Assembly: GCA_965250005.1 (NCBI GenBank)
Contig: OZ252279.1
Location: 930,001-962,000 of the forward strand
DNA: 32,000 nucleotides
Direction: 5' to 3'
Source: Demequinaceae bacterium
GTDB lineage: Bacteria; Actinomycetota; Actinomycetes; Actinomycetales; Demequinaceae
Shown here: piece after piece, positions 23,352-32,000 of the stretch
How the letters are laid out: each line of letters opens with the position of its first letter
Position numbering within the stretch: position 1 is the stretch's first letter
The notes under the pieces: model-generated
The model's input: only the letters and a program-made list of their open reading frames with translations
Told to the model about the DNA's origin: nothing
Database searches by the model: none
Position numbers and translations under genes: made by a program

Positions 23352-23810
23352 TCACGGTGCGGGGGTCACATACGGAATGCGGGCCTTGAGGACGGTCGTA
23401 ATCTCGATCGCCAACGCGGTTAGAGCGCCCGTCAGAACGACGGCCCCGAACAGCGGCCGGTTCACCGATTCGTTGTTCTGAGCGACCACCATCGCGACAA
23501 TTACCACGATCATTTTGAACAGCCACGTGACAGCAACGACGCCCACAAAAACCATGGGCCCGCGGGTGGAACCGAACCACGCAGCTACCGAAGTCGTGAG
23601 GCTGAAGATCGCCGCAATCCCGGACGCTGCGAGCGCGCTCCACAGTCCCGTCGTGCCGTCGATCAAATAGCCGACGACCGAGCCGACCACAGCTATCGCC
23701 GCCAGGGCGATCAGCGACCACATGGCTGCACGGCGGTACGCGGCCGTGTCGGCCTGGGGTGCGGGGGTCGCCGCCGCGTCGTCTGCGGGAACTGGCGCTG
23801 CCTTGGGCAT
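23352..23810 (-). CDS. Small multi-TM protein upstream of the atp operon (AtpI-like by position)
   Basis: 152 aa, about 4 hydrophobic segments, sits directly upstream of atpB where atpI is often found; similarity itself not established. Confidence 0.7.
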   Translation of the reverse strand: MPKAAPVPADDAAATPAPQADTAAYRRAAMWSLIALAAIAVVGSVVGYLIDGTTGLWSALAASGIAAIFSLTTSVAAWFGSTRGPMVFVGVVAVTWLFKMIVVIVAMVVAQNNESVNRPLFGAVVLTGALTALAIEITTVLKARIPYVTPAP

Positions 23811-23817
23811 GAGCTTC

Positions 23818-24966
23818 CTAGCGTGAGATCTTCTGGAGGGACGTTGCAGATTCGCCGATGCAGCGCCACAGCCGCCCGAGCGAGTCGCGGAACTTGGGAG
23901 AAAACGTGGCTACGGCGGCGATCACTATGCCGATCGCCATCGCGAGCGCCGCATAGCGGCCCCGCATAAACACAAGTGAGACTGCTCCGAACGAGAACAC
24001 TGCGGTCCACAGGTATAGGACGCTGACCGCCCAGCGGTGGGAGTGGCCGAACTCGAGCAGCCGGTGGTGCAGGTGGTTCGCGTCAGGGGCCCACGGCGAG
24101 TCGCCTCGAAGCAGCCGGCGGAACACCGCGAGCGTCATGTCAAGCAGCGGGATGGCCACCACCATGAGCGGCAGCACGATCGGAATAAATGCGGGCAGAC
24201 GCTCCCGGTCCCCCACTACCTCGGGGTCAATCTGACCGGTCATGACGATGGTCGCGGCGGCCATGGTGAGGCCCAGCACCATGGAGCCCGAGTCGCCCAT
24301 GAAGATGCGCGCCGGGTGAAGGTTGTGCGGCAGGAATCCGAGGCAGGCGCCAACAAGGGCTGCAAGGATGAGGGTCGCGAGGCTCGAGTAGTCGCCTACG
24401 CCGGCGTCGCGTGCAATCACGTACGTATAGACGAAGAAGGCCGTTCCGCCGATCGCGATCAGGCCAGCGGCGAGCCCGTCCAGTCCGTCCACAAAGTTGA
24501 CGGCGTTGATGGCGACAACCACGACGAGCATCGTCACAATCAGCGAGACGGAGCTGGAGGCGATCGTGAGTCCGTTGATTGGCAGCGTGACCAACTGGAT
24601 TCCGCCCCACGCCATGAGCCAGGCGGCAAACACCTGGCCTGCGAGTTTGGCCATCCAGTCCAGGTCGTAGATGTCGTCGAATACGCCGACCAGGCACACC
24701 ATGCCCGCGCCCGCGAGGACTGCCCACGCCGCGCCGGACACCTCGAACACCGGTTGAAGGAAGGGGATCGCGGACGCAACGGAAATGGCCGCCGCGAGGC
24801 CAAGGAAGATCGCCACGCCGCCCAGCCGGGCAGTCGGGACGGTATGGACGTCGCGCTCGCGGACAGCGGTCACGGCGCCGATGCGGTGGGCAAGATGGCG
24901 CATGGCAGGCGTCGCCACGAACGTGACGAGGGCCGCAATGAGCATCAGTGTGAGGTAGACCTTCAC
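23818..24966 (-). CDS. MraY/WecA-like undecaprenyl-phosphate sugar-1-phosphate transferase
   Basis: 382 aa, polytopic; HTVPTARLGGVAIFLG, GVFDDIYDLDWMAKLAGQ, NAVNFVDGLDGLAAG, FMGDSGSMVLG, HLHHRLLEFGHSHR. Confidence 0.92.
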   Translation of the reverse strand: MKVYLTLMLIAALVTFVATPAMRHLAHRIGAVTAVRERDVHTVPTARLGGVAIFLGLAAAISVASAIPFLQPVFEVSGAAWAVLAGAGMVCLVGVFDDIYDLDWMAKLAGQVFAAWLMAWGGIQLVTLPINGLTIASSSVSLIVTMLVVVVAINAVNFVDGLDGLAAGLIAIGGTAFFVYTYVIARDAGVGDYSSLATLILAALVGACLGFLPHNLHPARIFMGDSGSMVLGLTMAAATIVMTGQIDPEVVGDRERLPAFIPIVLPLMVVAIPLLDMTLAVFRRLLRGDSPWAPDANHLHHRLLEFGHSHRWAVSVLYLWTAVFSFGAVSLVFMRGRYAALAMAIGIVIAAVATFSPKFRDSLGRLWRCIGESATSLQKISR

Positions 24967-25661
24967 GCGGCCTCACCTCCCTTGGCTTTCGGCTCCGCCT
25001 GGGCGAGGGCGCCCGCGCCCACGACGTCGAGGATCTGTTCGCGGGTCACGCCGCCGTCGCGGATGATGCGCAGTTGGGGCTTGGTGGCATCCACGATAGT
25101 CGAGGCCGCGCCGAGCGGGGAATCGCCCCCGTCGAGGTAGACCGCCACCGCGTCACCGAGGTGCTGTTGCGCTTGTTCCACGGTGGTCGCAGCGGACTCG
25201 CCCGTCTTATTCGCGCTGGTTGCGGCCACGGTGCCCGTGCGTTCGAGGAGCGCGAGCGCAGCCGGGTGGTCGGGGACACGGAGCGCCACGGTGCCTCCGG
25301 TTTCCCCCAGGTCCCACGCGAGCGAGGGCTGGGCGTTGAGAATCACGGTCAGTGGGCCCGGCCAGAACGCGTCCATCAGGGCGCCCGCGGCGTCAGAAAC
25401 GTCACGCGCGAGTCCCGCTACCGTAGCGACACTCGGGATAAGGACAGGCGGCGGCATGTGCCGGCCGCGGCCCTTGGCGTCGAGCACCGCCTGCACGGCC
25501 TCGGGCTGAAATGCATCCGCGCCCACGCCATAGACCGTGTCTGTTGGTAGAACAACAATCTCCCCGCGCCCAATTGCGTGCACGGCCGCGTCAATGGACG
25601 GGCCCCACGTCGCGGGGTCTAAGGCGGGCAGGATCACGTGGGCAAGTCTGGCACGGCTCAA
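24963..25661 (-). CDS. L-threonylcarbamoyladenylate synthase (Sua5/YciO/YrdC/TsaC family)
   Basis: 232 aa; IVVLPTDTVYGVGADAF, PGPLTVIL, VALRVPDHPAALALLERTG-VAATSANKTGE. Confidence 0.93.
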   Translation of the reverse strand: MSRARLAHVILPALDPATWGPSIDAAVHAIGRGEIVVLPTDTVYGVGADAFQPEAVQAVLDAKGRGRHMPPPVLIPSVATVAGLARDVSDAAGALMDAFWPGPLTVILNAQPSLAWDLGETGGTVALRVPDHPAALALLERTGTVAATSANKTGESAATTVEQAQQHLGDAVAVYLDGGDSPLGAASTIVDATKPQLRIIRDGGVTREQILDVVGAGALAQAEPKAKGGEAA

Positions 25662-26611
25662 GCGCGCGTGGCCACGACGAAGCGATCGCGTCCGCTGCCG
25701 TCCTGTCCTGTTTCGATGTCGATCCAGGCCCCAGACGCGCTGAGGATGTCGCGAACCTCGGCGCCCTGCTCGTCCCCATGCTCCATGACGAACCGCCCGC
25801 CGTGACGCAATAGCCGTACTGCCGTTGCCTCCACACCCCGCGGAACCTCAAGGCCGTCGGCACCCAACCCGTACAAGGCAACCTCTGGGTCGTACAGCGC
25901 TACCTCGGGGTCGCGTGGAACTGCGCCACGCGGAATATACGGCGGGTTGGAGACCACTACATCGACCGTCCCGTTCATGTCCCTCAGCGCTTTGCGCGCA
26001 TCGCCTTGCACCAGGTTCAAACGCCGCTGGGCATCGTCGCTCTGGCGCGAGGCGTTGCGTTCCAAGAACGCAAACGCATCCTCGCTCAGCTCCACGAGCG
26101 AGACAAAGACGCTCGGTACCTCCGCCGCGATCGACAACCCGATCGCACCCGAACCTGCACACAGGTCCACGGCGGTGACGGTTGCAAATCCCTCTGCCGC
26201 CGATGCCGCGACAGCATCTATCGCTGCTTGGGTAACCCACTCGGTCTCGGGACGCGGCACGAATACGCCTTTGCCAACCTCGAGGACAATGTGTCGAAAT
26301 GGCGCGCCTTTGGTGATGTGTTGAAGCGGCACGCGCTCGACGCGCCTGCCCACGATTTCTCCGATAGAACCGGGCGGAGGGTGCTCTGCTCTGAGCGTGG
26401 CGACGTCGAGGTTTGCGGGCGACATGTCTCCGCGCGCGGCCCCCGTGCGGATCGTGGAACTGTCGCTGCCTGCAGCAAAAGCGATGAGCGCGAGCGCGTC
26501 TGGTTCGGGGCTTTGGACGCCCGCATCAGCGAGCATCACAGTAACATCGCGAACGAGCAGGGCGAGCGGGTATGCACCGGGGGTCTTTGTCGGACGTACG
26601 CGCCCAGTCAT
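25658..26611 (-). CDS. prmC: Release factor glutamine methyltransferase
   Basis: 317 aa; VPLQHITKGAPF, FVPRPETEWV, AVDLCAGSGAIGLSIA, VVVSNPPYIPRG. Confidence 0.95.
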   Translation of the reverse strand: MTGRVRPTKTPGAYPLALLVRDVTVMLADAGVQSPEPDALALIAFAAGSDSSTIRTGAARGDMSPANLDVATLRAEHPPPGSIGEIVGRRVERVPLQHITKGAPFRHIVLEVGKGVFVPRPETEWVTQAAIDAVAASAAEGFATVTAVDLCAGSGAIGLSIAAEVPSVFVSLVELSEDAFAFLERNASRQSDDAQRRLNLVQGDARKALRDMNGTVDVVVSNPPYIPRGAVPRDPEVALYDPEVALYGLGADGLEVPRGVEATAVRLLRHGGRFVMEHGDEQGAEVRDILSASGAWIDIETGQDGSGRDRFVVATRA

Positions 26612-26617
26612 GATCGG

Positions 26618-27703
26618 CTACGCGTCGGCGCCCGCGAGACGTGCAGCCTCGTCGGCTTCGATGGCGGAGCGAACAACCGCGTCGAGGTCGCCGCTCAGGA
26701 CTGCCTCGAGGTTGTACGCCTTGTAGCCCGTGCGGTGGTCCGCGATCCGGTTTTCGGGGAAATTGTACGTGCGAATGCGTTCGCTGCGGTCCACGGTGCG
26801 GACCTGGGATTTGCGCATACTGGACGCTTCGGCTTCTGCGGCTTCTTGTTCGGAGGCGCGCACGCGCGCCTGCAGGACTTTCATCGCGCTTGCGCGGTTC
26901 TTGATCTGCGATTTCTCGTTCTGGCAAGACGCGACGATGCCGGTGGGCTTGTGCGTGATGCGGACCGCAGAGTCTGTGGTGTTGACCGACTGCCCTCCGG
27001 GTCCGGAGGACCGATAATAGTCGATCTGCAAGTCGGCGTCGTTGAGGAGCTCCGCCTCCACCTCTTCCACCTCGGGGTGCACGAGCACGCCCGCAGCTGA
27101 GGTGTGGATGCGGCCCTGCGTTTCCGTGGTGGGAACTCGCTGAACCCGGTGGACTCCGCCCTCGTACTTGAGGTGCGCCCACACGCCTTCCTGCGGCTCC
27201 GGGTTGCCCTTGGCGCGCAACACGACTGTTGCGTCCTTGTAGCCGCCGAGGTCCGTGCGCGTTTCGCTCAAGACCGTGGCACTCCAGCCCTTGATTTCAG
27301 CGTACTTGAGGTACATCTTCATGAGGTCGCTGGCGAAAAGTGCGGATTCATCGCCGCCTTCACCCGCCTTGACCTCGAGGATCACGTCGCGTGAATCATC
27401 CGGGTCGCGCGGGATGAGAATGCGGCGAAGCGTCTCCGTGGCCGCCTCCAGGACGGCTTCAAGCGCAGGTACCTCGGAAGCGAACTCCGGGTCTGCTGCA
27501 GCCATCTCTTGGGCGGCCTCAACGTCGCCCGCCGCAGCCTCAAACGCGCGCTGGGCTGCGACTACCCTGCCGAGTTCCGCGAACCGACGCCCGAGTGTGC
27601 GCGCTCGTCCGGCGTCCGCGTGAACCGCAGGGTCGGACAGTTGCATCTCGATATCGGCGTACTCGTCCAGCAACGGCTGGACGGCAGCGAAGGTCTCGGC
27701 CAT
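26618..27703 (-). CDS. prfA: Peptide chain release factor 1
   Basis: 361 aa; [69 protein letters not shown]. Confidence 0.96.
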   Translation of the reverse strand: MAETFAAVQPLLDEYADIEMQLSDPAVHADAGRARTLGRRFAELGRVVAAQRAFEAAAGDVEAAQEMAAADPEFASEVPALEAVLEAATETLRRILIPRDPDDSRDVILEVKAGEGGDESALFASDLMKMYLKYAEIKGWSATVLSETRTDLGGYKDATVVLRAKGNPEPQEGVWAHLKYEGGVHRVQRVPTTETQGRIHTSAAGVLVHPEVEEVEAELLNDADLQIDYYRSSGPGGQSVNTTDSAVRITHKPTGIVASCQNEKSQIKNRASAMKVLQARVRASEQEAAEAEASSMRKSQVRTVDRSERIRTYNFPENRIADHRTGYKAYNLEAVLSGDLDAVVRSAIEADEAARLAGADA

Positions 27704-27723
27704 GGAAGTAGGCCCCTACCGAG

Positions 27724-27969
27724 TTATTTGGTCTCAGCCTCGGCTGGTTCAGCCGCAGGCTCTGCGCCCTTGCCGTAGCGCTTCTCGAAGCGTGCGACGC
27801 GGCCACCAGTGTCGAGGATCTTCTGCTTGCCCGTGTAGAACGGGTGGCACTCGGAGCACACATCCGCGGCAATGGCGCCCGAAGTTGCGGTGCTGCGGGT
27901 CTCAAATGTGTTTCCGCAGGTGCACGTGACCGTGGTAGCCACGTACTCGGGGTGAATGTCTTTCTTCAT
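27724..27969 (-). CDS. rpmE: 50S ribosomal protein L31 (Cys-containing form)
   Basis: 81 aa; [27 protein letters not shown]...[30 protein letters not shown]. Confidence 0.96.
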   Translation of the reverse strand: MKKDIHPEYVATTVTCTCGNTFETRSTATSGAIAADVCSECHPFYTGKQKILDTGGRVARFEKRYGKGAEPAAEPAEAETK

Positions 27970-27993
27970 GATTTCCCTTTATGGCCCCCGGGT

Positions 27994-28014
27994 CCGTTCG
28001 CGTATTTCGCGACG
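27994..28014. other. Imperfect hairpin upstream of rpmE
   Basis: CCG-T-TCGCG / tattt / CGCGA-CGG with one bulged base; lies between rpmE and rho. Function unknown. Confidence 0.35.
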
Positions 28015-28055
28015 GTGAACCGCAGGCCGGCGTCCAATGCTACATGTCCAGGACC

Positions 28056-28084
28056 TAGCGGTAACGCTCGGGGCGCTACCGCTA
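28056..28084 (-). terminator. Candidate hairpin terminator downstream of rho
   Basis: TAGCGGTA-a-CGC-TCGGG-GCG-c-TACCGCTA, stem 8+3 bp with one mismatch, 13 nt past the rho stop (28098). No T-tract seen. Confidence 0.5.
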
Positions 28085-28097
28085 TGCCCAAGAGTTT

Positions 28098-29732
28098 CTA
28101 GTCGTCGCCCGGCGTGGTCTTCTGGACCGTGAGCAGGAACTCGGCGTTGGTCTTGTTCTCCTTGAGCTTCTGCAGCAGCAGCTCAATGGACTGCTGCTGG
28201 TCGAGCGCAGAAATCACGCGGCGAAGCTTCCACATCACCTTGAGTTCATCTGCGCCAAGCAGGATTTCCTCGCGGCGTGTACCCGACTGGTTTACGTCGA
28301 CTGCAGGGAAGATTCGGCGGTCGGCGAGCGAACGGCTGAGCTTGAGCTCCATGTTTCCGGTGCCCTTGAACTCTTCGAAGATAACCTCGTCAGCCTTCGA
28401 CCCCGTCTCCACCAACGCAGTCGCAAGGATGGTGAGGGAGCCGCCGTGCTCGATGTTGCGCGCGGCGCCAAAGAAGCGCTTGGGCGGGTACAGCGCCGAC
28501 GAGTCGACACCACCCGAGAGGATGCGGCCCGAGGCGGGCGCGCTGATGTTGTACGCGCGGCCGAGGCGGGTGATCGAGTCAAGTAGCAACACGACGTCCT
28601 TGCCCATTTCGACGATGCGCTTGGCGCGCTCAATTGCGAGTTCGGCCACCTGAGTGTGGTCCTCAGCAGGGCGGTCGAACGTCGAGGCAATGACCTCGCC
28701 TTTGACGGTGCGCTGCATGTCGGTGACCTCTTCAGGACGCTCATCCACAAGGACAACCATGAGGTGAACCTCGGGGTTGTTGGTGGTGATGGCGTTAGCA
28801 ATCGCCTGGAGCACGAGCGTCTTACCGGCTTTGGGCGGCGAGACGATGAGTCCACGCTGGCCCTTACCAATAGGTGCAACCAGGTCGATGATGCGTGTCG
28901 TCATGTCGCGCGGGTCGGTCTCGAGGCGCAGTCGGTCCTGCGGGTACAGCGGGGTGAGGTCTCCAAAGACGACCCGGTCCTTTGCTTCAACCGGTGTCTG
29001 GCCATTGACCGTCTCGACACGCACGAGCGCGTTGAACTTCTGGCGCTGACCGCGCTCGCCCGGACGGGGCGGGCGCACGGCGCCGGTGATGGCGTCTCCC
29101 TTGCGCAGTCCATACTTGCGGACCTGGTTGGATGAAACGTAGACATCCGTCTTGCCGGGCAAGAAGCCGGTGGTGCGGATAAACGCGTAACTGTCGTAGA
29201 CGTCAACGATGCCGCCGACATCACTCAGCTCTTCGCCCTCGCGGGCCTCGTCCTCGTCGCCGCGGGGCGCGTCTTCGTAGTTGCCGCCGCCGCTCCCGCC
29301 GTCACGTCCGCCACGATTGCGTCCACGGCCGCGTCCGCGGCGACGGCGGCCGTCACGGCCTTCGTCGCCGTTACGGTTGCGCTGGTTGCCGCCGCCCTGG
29401 CTGCCGGATCCCTGGTTGCCGGATCCCTGCTTGGCGTTGCCGCCATCAGAGCCCTTGATGTCGCCGTCGTTACCCGAGGACGAAGCCACGGCCTCCTTGG
29501 CGCGCTTGGCACGGTCGTCTGAGGGACTTCCGCTTGCGTCGGCACTCTTGGGTTCGTCTTTGGCGGCGACTACTCCGCCGTTCTCGATTGCTGTCACGAG
29601 ATCACTCTTTCGCATTTTAGTGGTGCCAGAGACTCCCAGCTCAGACGCGAGCGCCTGCAATTGGGGAATCTTCATGTCACTCAGGGCCGCGCCGCCTGTG
29701 GCGTTCGCTACGGCCTCGTTGGTGTCGGTCAC
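28098..29732 (-). CDS. rho: Transcription termination factor Rho (start re-assigned from 29786 to GTG at 29732)
   Basis: [33 protein letters not shown] (Rho N), RNA-binding domain, [21 protein letters not shown]-like Walker [17 protein letters not shown] 29732 has AGGAAAGGA upstream. Confidence 0.95.
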   Translation of the reverse strand: MTDTNEAVANATGGAALSDMKIPQLQALASELGVSGTTKMRKSDLVTAIENGGVVAAKDEPKSADASGSPSDDRAKRAKEAVASSSGNDGDIKGSDGGNAKQGSGNQGSGSQGGGNQRNRNGDEGRDGRRRRGRGRGRNRGGRDGGSGGGNYEDAPRGDEDEAREGEELSDVGGIVDVYDSYAFIRTTGFLPGKTDVYVSSNQVRKYGLRKGDAITGAVRPPRPGERGQRQKFNALVRVETVNGQTPVEAKDRVVFGDLTPLYPQDRLRLETDPRDMTTRIIDLVAPIGKGQRGLIVSPPKAGKTLVLQAIANAITTNNPEVHLMVVLVDERPEEVTDMQRTVKGEVIASTFDRPAEDHTQVAELAIERAKRIVEMGKDVVLLLDSITRLGRAYNISAPASGRILSGGVDSSALYPPKRFFGAARNIEHGGSLTILATALVETGSKADEVIFEEFKGTGNMELKLSRSLADRRIFPAVDVNQSGTRREEILLGADELKVMWKLRRVISALDQQQSIELLLQKLKENKTNAEFLLTVQKTTPGDD

Positions 29733-30045
29733 ACTGTTCCTTTCCTCGCACGAGCCCGGGTGGCTCCGAAGTACGAGATTGCCCACGCATGCACGCCTAA
29801 ACGTTTGGATACGCCGCTAAGGACGTGCCGTTCGTGGATTGCTTCCGGATTCTGGACTATGCCCCATGGGCTCGATCCTCCTGGAATGCACTATCAAGGT
29901 ACCACTTCCTCAACGTGACGCTAGACAACGGCGCCTCGGGAGCCCTTCAGCTAGGCGGAATCGCCGCTTGAATTGACTCAATATGCAGCGGCGTGTTGTT
30001 GCAAGAGCGGGTGGCTTACGTGCACCGATGAGATAAGGTTGCATC

Positions 30046-31245
30046 ATGAACGACATAAGCCGATCCAATACTCTGGGCAAGGCGGCAGACACCGACCTGT
30101 TTCAGATTCTCCGGGACGGCGCGCCCCGTACCCGAAGCGAACTCGCTGGCCTCACAGGCCTGGCGCGATCCACGGTCGCTATGCGCGTGGACTCCCTGAT
30201 CAAACTTGGGCTCGTCAGTCCGGTGGGAGATGCGATCTCGACTGGAGGCCGCCCATCCAGCCAGATCGCCCTCAATTCCGCATCGCGCGTGGTGCTCGGT
30301 GTGGATGTTGGTGCCTCGCACGCGCGGATTGCGATGAGCGACCTCGCCGGCAACATTCTCGACCGCCGGAGCGTCGAGATGTCCGTAGCCGAAGGCCCCG
30401 AGCCCATCCTCGATTGGGTGATCGCCGCTGGCCGCGAACTCCTTGACCAACTACACGATCGCGCCGAGCACCTGCTCGCCATTGGCGTGGGACTGCCCGG
30501 CCCGGTCGAGCACTCGACGGGGCTGCCAATCGACCCGCCGATCATGCCAGGGTGGGACCGCTACGACGTGCCCCGCAAACTCGGCGCCGAGTTTGACGTT
30601 CCGGTGCTGGTAGACAACGACGTCAACCTCATGGCGCTGGGCGAAAGGGCAATGAACTGGCCTGACGTCGACCACTTCGTCTACGTCAAAGTAGCCACCG
30701 GCATCGGCTCGGGCGTCATTTCGGGCGGGTACCTGCAACGCGGCGCCCAGGGAATCGCTGGCGACATCGGCCACGTATATGTTGCTCGCGGAAGGGACGT
30801 CGCGTGCCGATGCGGCAACCGTGGCTGCCTTGAGGCAGTGTCCGCCGGGCCGGCGATCGCCAAGCAACTGCGCGAGGCCGGCCTCGACGTTGAAACCAGC
30901 CAGGACATCGTCAACCTAGTGCGGGCAGGGAACACCGAAGCTATTCAGGCAGTCCGCGAGGCGGGTCGGAGCCTAGGCGAGGTCCTCACCGCTTGCGTCA
31001 GCCTCATCAACCCCGCCGTGATTGTGTTAGGCGGCTCAATGGCACAAGCCGGAGAACACCTGCTGGCAGGCGCGCGCGAGGTCGTCTACGCGCGGTCGAT
31101 GCCGCTCTCCACCGGAAACCTACAGATCGCGCAATCGCGGTCCGGCGGTGACTCCGCCCTGCTAGGCGCGAGCATGCTCGCCCTCCACCACGCGCTGTCC
31201 CCCGAGCGCGTCGATTCGTTGCTCACGGGCTTCGTCGCCCGCTAG
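30046..31245 (+). CDS. ROK (NagC/XylR)-family transcriptional regulator
   Basis: 399 aa; N-terminal wHTH (RTRSELAGLTGLARSTVAMRVDSLIKLGLV), VLGVDVGASHARIAMSDLAG, ROK Zn motif CRCGNRGCLEA. Confidence 0.92.
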   Translation: MNDISRSNTLGKAADTDLFQILRDGAPRTRSELAGLTGLARSTVAMRVDSLIKLGLVSPVGDAISTGGRPSSQIALNSASRVVLGVDVGASHARIAMSDLAGNILDRRSVEMSVAEGPEPILDWVIAAGRELLDQLHDRAEHLLAIGVGLPGPVEHSTGLPIDPPIMPGWDRYDVPRKLGAEFDVPVLVDNDVNLMALGERAMNWPDVDHFVYVKVATGIGSGVISGGYLQRGAQGIAGDIGHVYVARGRDVACRCGNRGCLEAVSAGPAIAKQLREAGLDVETSQDIVNLVRAGNTEAIQAVREAGRSLGEVLTACVSLINPAVIVLGGSMAQAGEHLLAGAREVVYARSMPLSTGNLQIAQSRSGGDSALLGASMLALHHALSPERVDSLLTGFVAR

Positions 31246-32000
31246 GGCTCGGCTCCACCCACCAGACACAACACTGAGGCCCGCTGCGCGAATACTCGCG
31301 CGGTGCGGGCCTCAGTGACGCGGCGTCGAACGCAAGTCGACAGGCGAATTCGAGCGCCTCAGGTACTCCCACAAGGCGGTCCATGCCCACGTCCGCCCAT
31401 TCGATGGGTATGGGACCGGCATAGCCGATTTGGTTGAGCATCCGGAACGCATCCTCCCATGGCACGTCACCGTGACCCGTGGAGATGAAGTCCCAGCTGC
31501 GGTTGCCGTCGGCCCACGCGAGGTGCGACCCGAGCCAGCCGTTGCGACCGTTGTTCATGCGCTTGCGAGTGTCCTTGCAGTCCACGTGATAGATGCGGTC
31601 CTTGAAGTCCCACAAGAAACCCACGGAGTCGAGGTCCTGCCACACCATGTGGCTCGGGTCCCAGTTGAAACCGAACGCCTCACGGTGGCCGATGACTTCG
31701 AGGGCTCGGACAGTGGTCCAGTAGTCGTACGCGATCTCGCTGGGGTGAACCCCATGAGCAAATCTCACGCCGACTTCGTCGTAAACGTCGAGGATGGGGT
31801 TCCACCCGTCGGCGAAATCCTGGTACCCCGCGTCAATGACCTCTTGTGAGACCGGCGGGAACATCGCCACGTACTTCCAAATGGCCGAGCCGGTGAATCC
31901 GATCACCACGTCGACGCCCAGCTCGCAGCCGCGCGCAAGGTGACCGTGGCGCCATTCACCACGTTTGCCGACTGGGCCCGCATGAACATGCCCCCGGCTA
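31223..32000 (-). CDS. Sugar phosphate isomerase/epimerase (TIM barrel), partial, runs off right edge
   Basis: Hand translation upstream of the listed start stays open: ...HVHAGPVGKRGEWRHGHLARGCELGVDVVIGFTGSAIWKYVAMFPPVS...; metal/substrate motifs FAHGVHPSEIAYD, FNWDPSHMVWQ, YHVDCKD. Confidence 0.88.
   Translation of the reverse strand, partial: SRGHVHAGPVGKRGEWRHGHLARGCELGVDVVIGFTGSAIWKYVAMFPPVSQEVIDAGYQDFADGWNPILDVYDEVGVRFAHGVHPSEIAYDYWTTVRALEVIGHREAFGFNWDPSHMVWQDLDSVGFLWDFKDRIYHVDCKDTRKRMNNGRNGWLGSHLAWADGNRSWDFISTGHGDVPWEDAFRMLNQIGYAGPIPIEWADVGMDRLVGVPEALEFACRLAFDAASLRPAPREYSRSGPQCCVWWVEPSPSGRRSP
31274..31315. terminator. Strong bidirectional-type hairpin between the convergent ROK and isomerase genes
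   Basis: CTGAGGCCCGC-t-GCGCGA-atac-TCGCGC-ggt-GCGGGCCTCAG: 11 bp and 6 bp perfect stem segments. Confidence 0.75.

Noticed and set aside
24037-25140. 367 aa plus-strand ORF opposite the WecA-like and Sua5-like genes
   Set aside because: Shadow ORF; the minus-strand genes have strong family motifs.
26006-27100. 364 aa plus-strand ORF opposite prmC/prfA
   Set aside because: Antisense to two essential-type genes with clear signatures; no domain seen.
29787-30045. Possible small RNA or strong promoter in the rho/ROK intergenic region
   Set aside because: A TTGACT is present but no convincing -10 at correct spacing; no hairpin or conserved element recognised.

Overview
High-GC window, almost certainly actinobacterial chromosome (probably Micrococcales-like; inference). 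It is dense and mostly housekeeping. Left to right: a partial etfB (- strand, runs off the left edge and is missing from the ORF track); a glycogen/alpha-glucan block (glgX, then glgE-treS-glgB with overlapping or abutting genes) with an opposite-strand lipoprotein gene between glgX and glgE; a thioredoxin-fold/TPR (YbbN/CnoX-like) protein with no CxxC; a two-gene envelope unit (lipoprotein + bitopic membrane protein) divergent from a Scy/DivIVA-like coiled-coil protein; two alpha/beta hydrolases; a small CxxC/HxxC protein; nucS; a complete F-ATP synthase operon (atpB-E-F-H-A-G-D-C) preceded by a small membrane protein; an rpmE-prfA-prmC-sua5-wecA-like block; rho with a long Gly/Arg/Asn-rich insertion; a ROK/NagC-type regulator; and a partial sugar-phosphate isomerase (- strand) that stays open to the right edge. 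I see no CRISPR array, transposon, phage, rRNA or tRNA. No clear new defence or biosynthetic system is visible. The best second-look items are the uncharacterised envelope genes beside the coiled-coil protein, the glgE-treS-glgB cluster without a maltokinase gene, the isomerase 3' tail that reads through a strong hairpin, and the two convergent gene pairs that share a CTAG stop.
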